64,000 bases of DNA from Podarcis gaigeae. Lineage: Eukaryota. A program made the translations under genes and the position numbers. Below are positions 26,106 through 39,304 of this stretch, in pieces. Every line of letters begins with the position of its first letter. The first letter of the stretch is position 1. The notes beneath the pieces were generated by a model. That model was not told the origin of the DNA and made no database searches. It was given only the letters and a program-made list of their open reading frames with translations. Location: assembly GCA_964106915.2 (NCBI GenBank), contig OZ066914.1; one strand, given 5' to 3'.

Positions 26106-26513
26106 TGTGATGGGATAATGAGCTGCTTGTGCGTAAAAGCTTGATCCCTCTGGGGTTTGGCTGGTCACCCAAACCTAGGCACTAACGGAGCCCCCAAAAC
26201 ATGACTCCGTCAGTCGCTGGTAGAATCCGACAGTGGGCGTCTACGGAACTTACTCCAACATAAAAGCTGTTTGACGGACATACGCCTCCTGGACTCTCTG
26301 CGTGACAGCTTCCGGCGAGGGGTGGGGGTTGCTAAAGGGGGTCTTGTTACCTCCTCACTGTTCTCACTAGAAGTATCCCAGAGCCTCTCCCCCGATTCCC
26401 TTTCCGCTGGAACTCCTGCTCTCCCCCTACTGGTTCCTTCTTCTGCTGTAGAGTCTCTCCTATTCTCCTGGAGCCTCTCCACCACCTGTCCCTCCGATGG
26501 CAGTTCCCTGACA
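26106..26513 (-). mobile_element. Solo LTR of an LTR retrotransposon (Gypsy-like), 408 bp
   Basis: TG...CA termini (TGTGA.../...TGACA) and perfect 5-bp TSD GAATG at 26101-26105 and 26514-26518; CpG-rich relative to flanks. Orientation is inferred. Confidence 0.8.
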
Positions 26514-26544
26514 GAATGGATTGATGATAATGATGATGATGACG

Positions 26545-26660
26545 ATTGTATTTATATGCCGCAAATCTGTCTGGGTTGCCCCAGCCATTCTGGGCAGCTT
26601 CCAGTAAAATATAAAAACAAAATAATACATCAAACATTAAAAGCTTCCCTATCAAGGGAA
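26545..26660 (-). mobile_element. L2 (family B) 3' end fragment
   Basis: TCTGTCTGGGTTGCCCCAGCCATTCTGGGCAGCTTCC is the reverse of the L2B terminus. Confidence 0.7.
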
Positions 26661-27502
26661 GCTTCTAATATCAAGCCATATTGCTGAAGAAGAGAGGGGT
26701 GTGTTATATATATATATGATAATATCACTGTTTGTTGGGAAGCAAGACTATTATGAAAAAGACCACCAGGTCTTTCTTGAAAGATGGAATCCAGTTCCAA
26801 GACCATTAGCATTTCCCCACCTTTGGGACTCATTTGTGTCAGCCTGGATGTTGAGCTGTACACTTCTCTGGATGATCACAGAAGAGGATCATATTATAAG
26901 ATAATGGACTGATACCCTGATTGGCAAAAACTCTTTATCACATGTCATTCAACATGACCTTCAGAGTTATTGGTTTGAGTTTTAACAAAGGAGCATTGAT
27001 TGATTAGTCCTAATTAGAAGGGAAAACACCGTATTAACTATTATACCCTTTGCTGCTTTGAACAGGACTTGCTGTCAGTAATGAGAGGCAGCGGGGCCAT
27101 TTGTGTAGACTGCCGGGCTGGCTCAAGGTTACTGGCTGACTAACATGTACCCTCAAACTAAGAGGGTGCCCCAAAACTCTCAATTGCAGCAGAAAAAGGG
27201 GTTGGAGAGCACTTTGTGCAGAGAGCCAGCAATACTGAAAATGGCATGAGGGGACCTAGACTTGCCCACTGCTCCTGGGATGGCAGATGGCTCTTAAACT
27301 GTGCCGCCTTAGTAAGGGACATCTAACCAGTCTAGGTGGGCTGTGCATATAACTTGGGGAGTGTTACAAAGCTTGAAATCATGTCACTTCCTGTGTGATC
27401 TTGGACAAGCCAATTCTTTGCTCTCACTGTCTTGTTTTAATTTCCAACTGTAGTCTGGAAAGGTCTCTTAGGTTGCATTCAGACAAAGAGATTAATGCAT
27501 TA

Positions 27503-27720
27503 CAGTGGTACTTCGGGTTACATACGCTTCAGGTTACAGACTCCACTAACCCAGAAATAGTACCTCGGGTTAAGAACTTTGCTTCAGGATGAGAACATAA
27601 ATAGTGCTCCAGCGGCAGCGGGAGGCCCCATTAGCTAAAGTGATGCTTCAGGTTAAGAACAGTTTCAGGTTAAGAACGGACCTCCGGAACGAATTAAGTA
27701 CTTAACCCGAGGTACCACTG
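27503..27720. mobile_element. Tc1/mariner (Tigger/pogo-like) MITE, second copy
   Basis: TA|CAGTGGTACTTCGGGTTA ... TAACCCGAGGTACCACTG|TA; highly similar to 2904-3128. Confidence 0.92.
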
Positions 27721-28792
27721 TAGTTTTCCTGGTTATAATGCCACTGCTTCAGTCACAATTTCTAATGGTCCTTTTATATTGCATTACCTGTTGCCTTATG
27801 AAACTGTGGCTTTTTGACCGCTATACCTCCATGTCACACTAAATTTTATTCACACCAGTGGACACAGTGTGACACAACAGTGGGTGCCTTTGGACATGAC
27901 GCAACACTTTATGTGCACGTATACTTTTGCACCACAGTGGATAACCCATAGAAATGGCGGGAAAGAACTGTATGATGAAACATCGCCTCAAATTTCATTA
28001 CAGGCCGTGATTCAACAGTAAAATTACAGTGCAAAACTCCTGGGATTTGCTGGGTTAATGGGATTACAAATGGATATTTTTCTGGAAGCAATTAAATGGA
28101 AAGGAGTGCTGAACTTCTTCTAGATTTCTAGAAGTGGCTTTTATATCATGTAAAGGAGTAACCAAAATGCAGAAATGATCAGGTAAGGAAATGCTAGGAA
28201 AACAGAACAAAGTACTGCAAATAGCAGTTTATTCCATTGCGGTGTGCCATTTCCCTAACTCTAAATTTCTGCATTATGTTTGAGCTTTCACACAATGTAA
28301 AAGCCACTTCCAGAAATATAGTGGAATATAGCACAAATTTAGCACTCCTTTCCATGTTATTTCCTTCCAGAAAAAATCCATTTGCAAATAATACACAAAT
28401 GAGTGCTCAACATATGCTATATTCTACACATCCTTTGAAACTGCACATATAATACAGAAATTAACAGGGGAAAATTAGGAAAATTGAATAAATTTTTGCG
28501 TGAACACTGCCTTATAAGAACTTCCATTCAAAAAGTTGAAATACATCTGGTGTAATTTAAATTCTTCTTTGAATGAATGTAGAGGAATGTTTCTGCTGTG
28601 CCTTCAGTGATGTGCATATATATAATACTTTTAATTAAAAAAAAAATGGTATGGGACCATAAATTGTACCCTTTGTACAATTTACTTTTTAAAAGCATTT
28701 AAAAACATTTAAAAAGCATTAAGTACAATGCACTTAATGCTTTTTCAATGTTTTTCTTTGTATTCTTTGGGAGTTAGAACAGGATAGAAATT

Positions 28793-28794
<2 letters not shown>

Positions 28795-28835
<41 letters not shown>
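28795..28835. repeat. (TAA)n microsatellite
   Basis: Direct observation. Confidence 0.95.
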
Positions 28836-28836
<1 letters not shown>

Positions 28837-31800
28837 TGGGAGAAGCCCAATATTCCTTTGAAAGAACTACTTCTTTTGATGTTAGCAGCTTCTATACTTG
28901 GCATTACCCAAGCTTGGAAAGATACACAGAAGCTAACACTTGACTATTGGTATACAAATGTTGTTGTTGTTGTTGCTGCTGCTGCAATTTCTGAAAAATT
29001 AAACCATATAAGCTAAGAGAACAACAAGGGGTGGCATACTCAGTATCCTCCATTGCAGTTAGATAGGACAAATGACAACAAACAATACAGGAGTCATGTT
29101 CCAACTTGATATGGTTTTCATGTGGAAGAACTTATTGTGGTGTTTCCACAATCAGTTCTTAGCAACCCAGACATTTTGTACACCTGTAGAAACAAAGAAG
29201 ACAATTGTTTGCCATTGTTGCTTTGATTGCGTACGATGTTATGTTCCTAATGAAATAAAAAAGTGAAAAAATATTAACCTACCTGTGGGGCTTGGCAAGA
29301 AACCAAAATCTACTGTGTAGTAGAGAGGGGGAAAGCAGGGCCCCGAGGAACCAGGGCTTTCTCTTGATTTCTTGATAGGTAGCAAGTTTGTGAATCTGAC
29401 TGGTTGTTTGTGAATCTGACTGGAGGAGAAGGTGAGCTCTAGTGTAGGGTTCTTCCTTGTCAGTCAAGCAAGCAGGTGGGATGGGAGGGAGGAAGGAAAG
29501 GAAAGGAAAGGAAAGGAAAGGAAAGAAGGATATTTTCTCTCTCTCACTGAAAACTCATTCCCTTATTGCCTTTGAGAAACTGGCAAGGCAGCATGGGCTC
29601 AAATTCCTCTCATACCAAAGGAGAAAACTGCATTTGATACATTCAAGTTCCCACTGTGGTTATCCTTGGTTTTTAAAGCGAATAAATAAATATATAAATT
29701 GAAAAGTAAAAGAAGGCTGTTGGTTTGTCCTTCCTTTGAGGTTAATGCAGAAGAGTGTTAATTTTACATGGGATCTGTTGTGTGCTGACAAGCTAAAAGC
29801 TTTGCGTCCACATTGAGAGCTGTCAGAGAAACTCATTTCATTGGCATGTGGGATGCGCAGCCTAGTTGATGGCTACATGAAAGGAAGCCACGGTTTTGAT
29901 TAGACTGGCGTTGCTTTGCCGGCACATTCTGCTGATAGGTGCAGTTCAAATCCTTTAACACACAACAAAGTCCGTTAAATCCATCTCTTTTGGTAATTCA
30001 CTTAACAAGCGGGGGGGGGGGGGGCTTTTGAAATTAGTCCTTGCATATCAAGTTTTCAATTTACAGTCGCAAAGCAGTTCACCCTTAATATATCCGTTTT
30101 CAAAAAAAGATTGTCAATGGAACATGCTGAAATACAGCCTGCCTAATTCAGGTGTCCCACTGCATTTCAATTGTGACTTTTTTCTATTTCTTTTTGGGAG
30201 TAAATCTGAGAGTGCTCTGTATTCTTGCCACATTTTAAAAGGCTTTGCTATCATCATTCACCTGATTTAAAGAAACTGCATAACTCAATTGATTCCTTGA
30301 ATCCCTCTTTCGGTGAAAGGCTCTCATTCTTTTAAAAAAACTTTATACTTTTATATTCCTTTTTATTTTTCACAATTGTCCTATACAATATATATATAAA
30401 AATATGTAGGATAAAGTGTCAAAGGTAGGAAAGAAAAGGAAAGTTAAAGTTGCTTTTCCTATGAAGCTTCAAATAATGATTGGCTGAGATCCTGACATTT
30501 TGTAGATCTTCTTACCTATTTGCTGTTTGGGTGTTTATTAAGGTTGGTCGCTGCCCCTGGCCTATCTTGATACAACTTGCTGGAAACGAAACAAAGCACA
30601 AAAAACCCATTCTCAGCAGTTGATCCCATAGACAAAACGGTATTCATAAAAAATTTAAGATCCAACTCTGAGTGTTAAAACATTTTTTTTTGAAGGAGAT
30701 AAAAGAAAAAGGACTTAGAATTACAAGCAGTTAGACTTAGTTTTCTTGCGTAATGACTCTTGGTTCCCCACTGTGAGAAGTCTTTCCCCAGCTTCTCGTC
30801 TGCATTCTTCATCATTCCCTGTGGGAGAATGAGTTGGATTTGTCTGCCATATTCACAGCAATCGAGGTGATCCAGGTTGAAAGAAAATCAATAAGATGTG
30901 TCCATTTATGCCTCACAAAGGAAGAAAGGTCTAAAGAACAGACATGGGACGTTATTCAAGCGCTGGAGACTTAATAAGACTTCTCCTTGTGCTTGAAGGG
31001 GATGGTAATTTATATTTTACTTTGAACTCTCCTTTTTTATGCTTCATAACTATCGGGATTGAGGCTGACATGGGAAGCCAGGAAAAGGAGGTTTGATGCT
31101 GTCTTAGAAGGCCTAGCCCATTTGGGAAGGCCGCGCGCAACGTTTCAGAAAGGAAAACTGTTTTAGGAAAGGGGGGGGGGGAGATTAAAGAGGCATCACA
31201 TCCTCAGACTGATTTTTGCATTGCTATTGATACAACTGGTTTAAAGAAGGCAGGATTGGGATGTGGTGTGGCAGGGAGACTTTCTTTGAGAGCAGCTGCA
31301 AGTTTCTTGTGACTAGATGGCTTTTCAGTGCTGCTGATATCATTTTAGTTAGAAGAACCATCATAATACTTAATGGGGTGCCACTGGAGGGATTATCAAG
31401 TTGACCTCCACCTCCAAAATACCCCAGCTGTCTTCTTATTTTGCCTTGTCAGTCTGCAGGGGACACCATGGGTGGACATTGGTCTTTCAAATTTTAGCGG
31501 CACCCTGTGCGAAGCCAAAATTCAGCACCCCACTGCCCCTCGTCTTCTGTTCTGCTCAATTTACTATATCATAGTTGCAACATCCTGTGGTGCCCCCTAG
31601 GCTCAGCAGCCAGTATAGTGGAAGTGCCCCAAATCTGCCTCTGAGTACAAGGTATAATCCCTCAGCAGAAAAGGTCTTCTCTCTTTCAGTGTGACATTTG
31701 CAAGTGGCATTTACATGGCATTATTTTGCAATGTAGATGAAGAGGCACTGTCATTCCGGAAGAGAGAGGAAAGACTTCTGGAAACCATCTCCCCCACCAA

Positions 31801-32905
31801 TAAGAGACTGGGAGGCATTGCACTATTGCCGCTGATTATAATTTTTTAATCCTTACACAAATGTATTTCCAGGAATTTTCAGATCAAGTGGGTTCAGAAA
31901 GCATTTGTTAACTGCTGAATGTATAGCTTCCTTATCAAATGGTGATCTGAGTGAACTGACCAGATACTATTTACCACTAGTCAAGTATTTTGTCTGCTTT
32001 GATTGCCATAGAAAAGGCGATGCTGAAATGCCCAGGAGATTGCTTCAAAACTGGGAGGGCATCATATCCAAAAGGAAGAAGCTGTACTGAAATTCTAAAT
32101 ATCCCATTAGTTTTTGTTAGAAGATTTATATTTAGAATAAAGGAGAAAAGAGAAGTTTTGTGTTTTATGAATAAAAGGAAGCTTCAGTGTTTTTTTTCTA
32201 GAAAAATAGGTGCCGGTACTCACCATGAAGTTACAGTAAGTGCCACACTTTTTAACAACAACAACAGTGATGGTACTGCATACCCTTGAGTACCCCCTGG
32301 GGGGCAGAGCACCAGGATGCTTGTTTATCTTTGGGAGGTCATGTGGAAATGAATCAGGATGGCATAGAGGCAGTCCTTGATGGAATGTCCTGCAAATTTG
32401 CAAGAAGCAACCATGTTATTAGTGATGTTTTCCCAAGCAAGTCTCAGAAATGAACTTTGAAGGCTCAGAAAAGGAAGCCCAGATCTAAAGTAGAGGTGCA
32501 TTTTTTCAGGTTATCCACTACTGATGTCTCGACTCTTTCCTCAAACAGCTGTGTGTTGCTTGTGGCTGCTTGAAGTGGTGAAAGCCCAACGAACAACCTC
32601 CTGTTTTCTTGTGGTGGTTTTGTGCAATCAGATCATCTGGCTATGCAGGTAGGGCCTGGCTATTCAGGTAAGACAAACATGGGCAATGCAAAGTTGTTCA
32701 ACAAAACGGATGTGAGACTAAAAGCATGGCTCTGCTTGCATGTTGATGGACTCCAGCTCCCATCATCCCTAGCCAATATAGCCAGTGCTCAGAGATTATA
32801 AAAGTTGTAGTCCAGCAATACTGGAGAACCAGAGATGTCCCCCCCATCCTATGTACAAGTTATGCATGTTTGATCTTATTCATTCATCTTCATCCCCCCC
32901 CCCCC

Positions 32906-34534
32906 GGGGGATATCATCAATTTGTCCCTTGGCACCGGGATATTCCCAGGGGAACTGAAGGAGGCAGTGGTGCGTCCGCTCTTAAAGAAAACATCATTAG
33001 ATCCCTTAGATCTATCCAATTACCGCCCGGTCTCGAATCTTCCATTCCTGGGTAAGGTGATTGAGAGAGCGGTTGCCGAACAGCTTGGTAGGTTTCTGGA
33101 TGAAACATCTGCTCTGGATCCATTCCAGTCCGGCTTCCGCGCTGGCCATGGGACCGAGACGGCTCTGGTCGCCCTAACAGATGATTTCCGCAGGCAGCTG
33201 GATCAAGGCGGGTCGGGGCTGCTGATTCTTCTAGATCTGTCAGCAGCCTTCGACATGGTCGATCACGAACTCCTGGACCACCGCCTTGCCGACGTGGGGA
33301 TCCAGGACACAGCCCTTCAATGGCTGCGCTTGTTTCTCTCTGGTCGGGGACAGAGGGTGGCGCTTGGGGGGGGAATTGTCATCGCGCCACTCCTTGGTGT
33401 GTGGAGTGCCTCAGGGTGCGATTCTCTCCCCGATGCTTTTTAACATCTTTATGCGCCCCCTCGCCCAGCTTGCCCGGAGTTTTGGGCTGGGCTGCCATCA
33501 GTATGCTGATGACACCCAACTCTATCTGTTGATGGATGGCCATCCTGACTCGGCCCCAGACACACTGGCGAGATGTCTGGAAGCTGTGGCTGGATGGTTA
33601 CGTGGGAGCCGGTTGAAGTTAAATCCTTCGAAGACAGAGGTCCTCTGGCTGGGCCGGGACGATATGGGATTGAGGGGGCAACTCCCATCTCTTGCGGGGG
33701 TGCAATTGGTGCCAGCACCATCCGTTAAGAGTTTGGGTGTAATCTTCGATACCTCCCTCTCTATGGAGGCGCAGATTACAGCTATAACAAAGGCGGCATT
33801 TTTTCATCTCCGCCAAGCTAAGCAGTTGGCCCCTTATCTCTCTCGCCCTGACCTAGCCACTGTGATCCATGCGACGGTCACCTCCAGACTGGATTATTGT
33901 AACTCGCTCTACGTGGGGCTGCCCTTGAGACTGACCCAGAAACTCCAGCGGGTGCAGAATGCTGAGGCGAGACTCCTTATGGGGTCTTCACTGCGAGATC
34001 ACATTCACCCAGTACTATACCAGCTGCACTGGCTCCCGGTGGAGTACAGGATCAGGTTTAAGGTGCTGGTTTTAACCTTTAAAGCCCTATACGGCCTAGG
34101 ACCCTCGTACCTACGGGACCGCCTCTCCTGGTATGCCCCACAGAGAAACCTACGGTCTGCAAATAAGAACATCCTCAAGGTCCCAGGCCTCAGAGAGGTT
34201 AGGCTGGCCTCAACTAGAGCCAGGGCCTTCTCGGCTGCGGCTCCAATCTGGTGGAACGCTCTGTCACAAGAGACTAGGGCCCTGCGGGACCTGACATCTT
34301 TCCGCAGGGCCTGCAAGACAGAGTTCTTCCACCAGGCCTTTGGTCAGGGCGCAGCCTGACTCCCTCCTCTGGCAACCTGCATAGAATATTGCTTAATTGG
34401 TTGCCATTAATTTGATTTTAATTAATTTTTATAATGAATATTTTGAATGTGTGATTATTTGATTGTTTGATTATTTGATTATTGTTAGCCGCCCTGAGCC
34501 TGGCTTCGGCTGGGGAGGGCGGGATATAAATAAA

Positions 34535-34589
<55 letters not shown>
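32906..34589 (+). mobile_element. L2 LINE (family A), 5'-truncated, young; RT domain to stop codon with one +1 frameshift
   Basis: ORFs 32922-33443 ([38 protein letters not shown]) and 33286-34359 ([32 protein letters not shown]) join at the G8 run 33366-33373; 3' stem-loop and (TTA)n tail. Confidence 0.95.
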
Positions 34590-34591
<2 letters not shown>

Positions 34592-35467
34592 TTACTTCTG
34601 TGTACCAATCTGGTATCTAAAGATGAAGGGCAGTTTAAATGGAAATAATAACAACAATATTAAATTATTAGACCACACACACGCATATATATGAAGGACC
34701 CTTCAAGTGCAATTGAAAATAGTCTCTTCTCGCTCATAATTGTGTGTGTCTGTGTGCAGCTTAATTTGTGTCAAGCAGATTTTAGTGAACATAGCAAAGA
34801 GCAGTCGTTGTGTCTTTAAATGAGCAAAACCAGCATTTAAGTGATTGACTTAACATAACTGCCCTTCGTTTTCAAGAAATGTACTTGAGTAAGGGTGAGA
34901 TCAGAATATCAAAGCAGTCTGTGGAGTGTTGCAGGCTAAAAAGCAAAAGTTTCCCTCTTCTGTGTTTTGCTTCTGAACACAATGTTATTAAGGAACATCT
35001 TTTCATTCAATAATTACTAAGTAATGGGGAGAAAATGCTGAAGAATGTGCCCTATATGGAATTACCCAACTGAGCTTGGCTGGGGCATGGGAAGGAAATG
35101 CATATATAGATATATGAGAGAAAGAAATAGAAAAACACCAGCAAATAGAAAAAGGGATTGGATGAAGGATCTGAAATGCTTGCCACACAGAAGTGAGCTT
35201 TTGCAATTCTATAGAAGTGTGCTTTTCGCCTTAGTGAATCTGAAGACTCTTTTAGTATCTTATTTGCATAACAAAGGCATCACAAAATCAGCTTTGCTTG
35301 AGATGTGACAAGGGGAGAGACTGCCTGGGCCCCCAAACCATTGAGTGATGCAGAACATTCAAACACTGGAGATCTGTAAGCTCGATGGCTCCTCTCTGTT
35401 TGCTAGCCTTACACGGACAAGTGCAAAGGCTGCCATTCACCAGTGTACTAGGCATGCCTAGGGCATC

Positions 35468-36049
35468 CATTATGGTGACGTTACAGGGGCATTATAGCCT
35501 CACAATGACTCACTCGCTACAGTGTGAATTCTCCGTTTAATGTCAGCAAGCCCCACCCCAACCAAATGCCCTTTTTTGGGGTAATACTCATTGAAATTCT
35601 GTGGAAACTTCCCTCCACCATCTCCTTGTCTCTATGCTACACTGCTTGAGTGGCTCCTAAATATTTCCCCCAAGGGATCCACACAACAGGCTTTGCTCTT
35701 TGTTCAGGACCTACATGTTAGTTCCAATGCCTGACCTGGAAGTGATACCCTTCTTAGTCTTTGCACCTCATTGTCCCCACTAGCCACTCCTCCCAGCTTG
35801 GGGGCAGCCCACCCACCAGACTCTACTCCACTTCGGGGGATCACTACACAACACAGCTCCCCACAGAAGGTCTCTGGGCTAACACAGCTGGCTTTTAGCT
35901 GGTAACTTTCTCAATGTACAGTCATTCCCGGCGAGCAAACTAGGAGACTCTCTTGTCCACCACAGCGTATGGTTGCTCTCTCCTGCCCTGTCTCCTACTC
36001 TCCCTCTCTTACCTAGATTAGATATCTATTTCTTCCTCTCCTTGCTGAC
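35468..36049 (-). mobile_element. Probable older solo LTR
   Basis: Ends in ...TTGCTGACA; minus strand has ATTAAA followed by GAGTCATT near its end, as in LTR R/U5; CATC flanks both sides; the left TG terminus is not intact. Confidence 0.4.
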
Positions 36050-36189
36050 ACATCCAGGCAACTCCCGATTTATGTGGGGGTTATATTCCAAAGCACTGCA
36101 TGTTTAAGTGAAATCACAAATATTTGAAAAAGCCTGCAAACGCCCTGCCCCACTGAGGTGATGTTTTGGGGTCACTCCTCGGAAACACT

Positions 36190-36395
36190 GGGTTAGAGTG
36201 TTGAACTAGGACTGAGGAGTCCCAGGTTCCAATCCCCCCTCCTAGCCATGAAGCTTACTGGGGGACCTTGGGCTAATCACTGCCTCTGAGCCTAATCTAC
36301 CGCACAAGGTCGTTGTGAGCATGAAATGGAGAGAGGGGGAACCATGTATGTTGCCTTGTGCTCCCTGGAAGAAAAGCGGAAGAGAAATATAAAAA
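36190..36395 (+). mobile_element. tRNA-derived MIR/CORE-like SINE
   Basis: GGTTAGAGTGTTG A-box remnant, CCAGGTTCCAATCCC B-box, GACCTTGGGCTAATCAC core. Confidence 0.7.
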
Positions 36396-36879
36396 ATGAA
36401 GACGCAGAAATATGGTGTAGTGGCTATCTGGGTGTTCTTCAAAGAAATTTTTAGAGGGGGAAATTGGTTTTCATGAGAATCTGTTTCTCTCTCCCCCCCC
36501 CCCCCCGCAACTTGGTTGAAGAAATGATGAATGAGTGAGATTAAAAAATATACTTGAAGCAACTGAGTTCTCCTTTGCAGAAGAACTGTAAAAGTAATTC
36601 TTTTTTATATATTAAAAAAAAATCCTCATTGGAATGCTAATTTTGATTTTTTATTATCTGTCATGGGCTGCTTTGAAGTTTTTCCCAGACAAAAATAAAT
36701 AGCCCCATAACAGAAAGGATTATAGGAGTCTTGTTTAGAATCATCTGCCTAAGAGTGACATTTAATTTCGGAATATAGAAGGTTTTATTGAGGCTGCAAA
36801 GTCTTTGAAAGAGCTCAAGTCTCTCTCCTATTTTTTAAATTTGCCTATAAATGGTTTCACTGGGTTTTCCCCCTTTCTT

Positions 36880-37260
36880 TTTCAGCTAGAAGGGGGGAGG
36901 AGGGGTGTCGCGCTCTCTTCAACCCTATCGAAGAGAAACGATATATTCGATATAATTCAATAAAGTGATAGCTAAATTATATTGCCTTTATTGCAGGGGG
37001 AAGTATTTCCTTTTTTTCTTGCAGTCAGTACAAACCCAAACAGATCTGTGACTCAGCTTTGAAGGCTTTGCCTGAATAAATCAGCTTTGGCAGCCCTGTA
37101 ATTCATAAAACAATACCTCTAGCTTCACTCAAATGGTAGAGGGGCGGTTCAGGCTTTATGATTCTGTTCAGTTCTGGAGCGTTAATGGGGCTATTTGTAA
37201 AGAAAGAAATATAATGAGTTATCACAAAACACAGCAAGGACTCTAGAAGGGGCACTCTTC
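36880..37260. promoter_or_regulatory. Candidate conserved non-coding enhancer
   Basis: Repeat-free AT-rich block with retained CpGs and CAATAAA/TTTATTG/TTTATGA/TAAT motifs. Confidence 0.35.
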
Positions 37261-38984
37261 CATTTATCACCTGTTCTAGCGTATTCCCAAAAGAACCATG
37301 CAAGAAATCTTACAGGGACAATAGGGAATTTTGGTGGTGGCTGGAGCCTGACGTTCAACAAATCGTGGGGAACTGGGACTATTATTTTATTTATATAATT
37401 GCCCCAACACGATCACATACACACACCAACCAGAAAAACCAGTTTTCTTACCTTTTGCTTCTGAGTTTGCTTTTGTTTTCGTCCAAACTGTGATTTATAG
37501 GCATAGGGATATTGGATCGCTTTTAAGCAAAATGTAAAATATAACTCTGGGCGGAGGGCTCTGAGAGCCCTTTCAGAGCCATGTCCTGTGCATGAATGTA
37601 AGCTAGACATGTTTCCAGTCCGTTCCCCTCACAGTTTATAGCTAAGCTATATACAAACTCCCCTGGGCTTAAATTTGGTATATAGATATGTCTTCCTGGG
37701 AGCAATTCTTTTATTTGGTAAATTAAAAGAAGAAAAATGACAAGTGAGGTGTTTTAAACTCCTAAGAGTGCAAGCAGTGTTTTACGGGCTTCTCCTGCAA
37801 TGCAGCTAGGAGCACTGCAACTCACATCCTGCTCTTTTCTGCCAGCTCAGAACTCTGCATGTAGCACCAAGGCACTTTGGAAGTTACAGTAGATACATGT
37901 AAGAAATGTGCTAGGCTTTTGCCCCTGTGGCAATGTAGTGAATCAGTTCCAATTGGAGGTGGCTTCCTTTCAGATTGCTAAGCAGTGAATAGCAAGGGGG
38001 TGGGGTGGGGTGGGAGGAAACCACCCAAATGTATTCCAGGAGAGTATTTTACAGTAAGAAATCTATCAGTTTCCATTTGTTGCATATTACATTAATTCTG
38101 GGGAATGAAGGCATTCTATGCAAGTTAAAGGACAATCGGAAGGCTAGTGCACACATCACAATATGTCACTTGCTTACTCTGCACTTGACGATTCACAGTA
38201 CAATATATGAACTGGCTCAGTCAAGAATGTTGGGTTGGATCTTCAGAACGTTATGAGGAACTCCATTTAGACAATGGGGTTTTCTTGTCTGTTTCCTCCA
38301 CTACAGCTTTTGGCACCCCCAGAAGCTACTCTTGAGGCCCAAGAGACTTTCTGGAATGGGGTGGGGCGCAAGGGACTACAGGAAGCTGTGGAAGCTGAAG
38401 GGATTTGGTGTGGCCAACTTCCATAGGCAGAATTTGTGAAAGGCCTCTCTGGATTGGATTGAAGCGAATGTGTTTGAGCTGACATGAGGTAAATGGAGTT
38501 TAATCTGTGGTTGCTCATGTATGCAGACAGATGTATATGTAAACTGATTTTGAGATGGCCCACAACTACAAGCATGAGGTCCCAACAAACACTTCTGTGG
38601 CCATCTCTCATGGGATCAAAGCCAAACTACATGTTACATACCGTATTTCCCTACTAAAATGCAGCTGTGACTGGGCTGGTGGTAGGGCTGCCAGTGTGTT
38701 GGAGATACTGCTCAGGGTGTGTTGCCTAAGAAACCTTCCCACTATGCTGATTTCCCACTCTAAGCTGTTCACCACAAACTGCTGTTACTCCCTGCAGGAA
38801 AATGCAAACACGTGTATTTCCCTCTGCAAACAGCAGGCTGTTTTCAATAAAAAATTGGGTGTTAGGGTTAAGGGCCAGCCACTCCAGCAATCCTGCCAGG
38901 GTCACCTTGGCATGTGTATAACTGTTCCTTTGAACTATTTCAGGATGCAGTATGCTATCCTATAGCATAGTCTAAATGCATTTG

Positions 38985-39125
38985 AGGCCACCATCTCACT
39001 GAAGCTAAGCAGGTTTGAGTCAGTGCCTAGGTGGGAAACTGCCTGGGAATCACAGGTACTCTTCATTGGGATAGAAGAAACCATGTGGTCTCCAATTTAT
39101 TTTGAAAGGGAATGGAAATAAAAAA
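38985..39125 (+). mobile_element. 5S rRNA-derived SINE or 5S pseudogene fragment
   Basis: GAAGCTAAGCAGG...GTCAGTGCCTAGGTGGGAAACTGCCTGGGAAT resembles the 5S internal control region (GAAGCTAAGCAGGG...GGATGGGAGACCGCCTGGGAAT). Confidence 0.7.
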
Positions 39126-39169
39126 TAAATTGTCCTACATGTGATAAGTGAGGCTGCTGGGGAAAGGGC

Positions 39170-39304
39170 GAGTGCTTCTCAAACTTGGGTCATCAGCTGT
39201 TGTTGGATTTCATCTCCCAACATCTCTAGCTAGCAGGACCAGTGGTCAGAGATGATGGGAGTTGTAGTCAACAACAGCTGGAGACCCAAGTATGAGAAAT
39301 ACTT
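39170..39304. mobile_element. Palindromic hAT-like MITE
   Basis: AGTGCTTCTCAAACTTGGGTC...GACCCAAGTATGAGAAATACT inverted arms; core shared with 20451-20579. Confidence 0.7.

Noticed and set aside
26210-26687. Ser/Arg/Glu-rich ORFs
   Set aside because: They fall within the solo LTR and an adjacent L2 tail; low-complexity translation.
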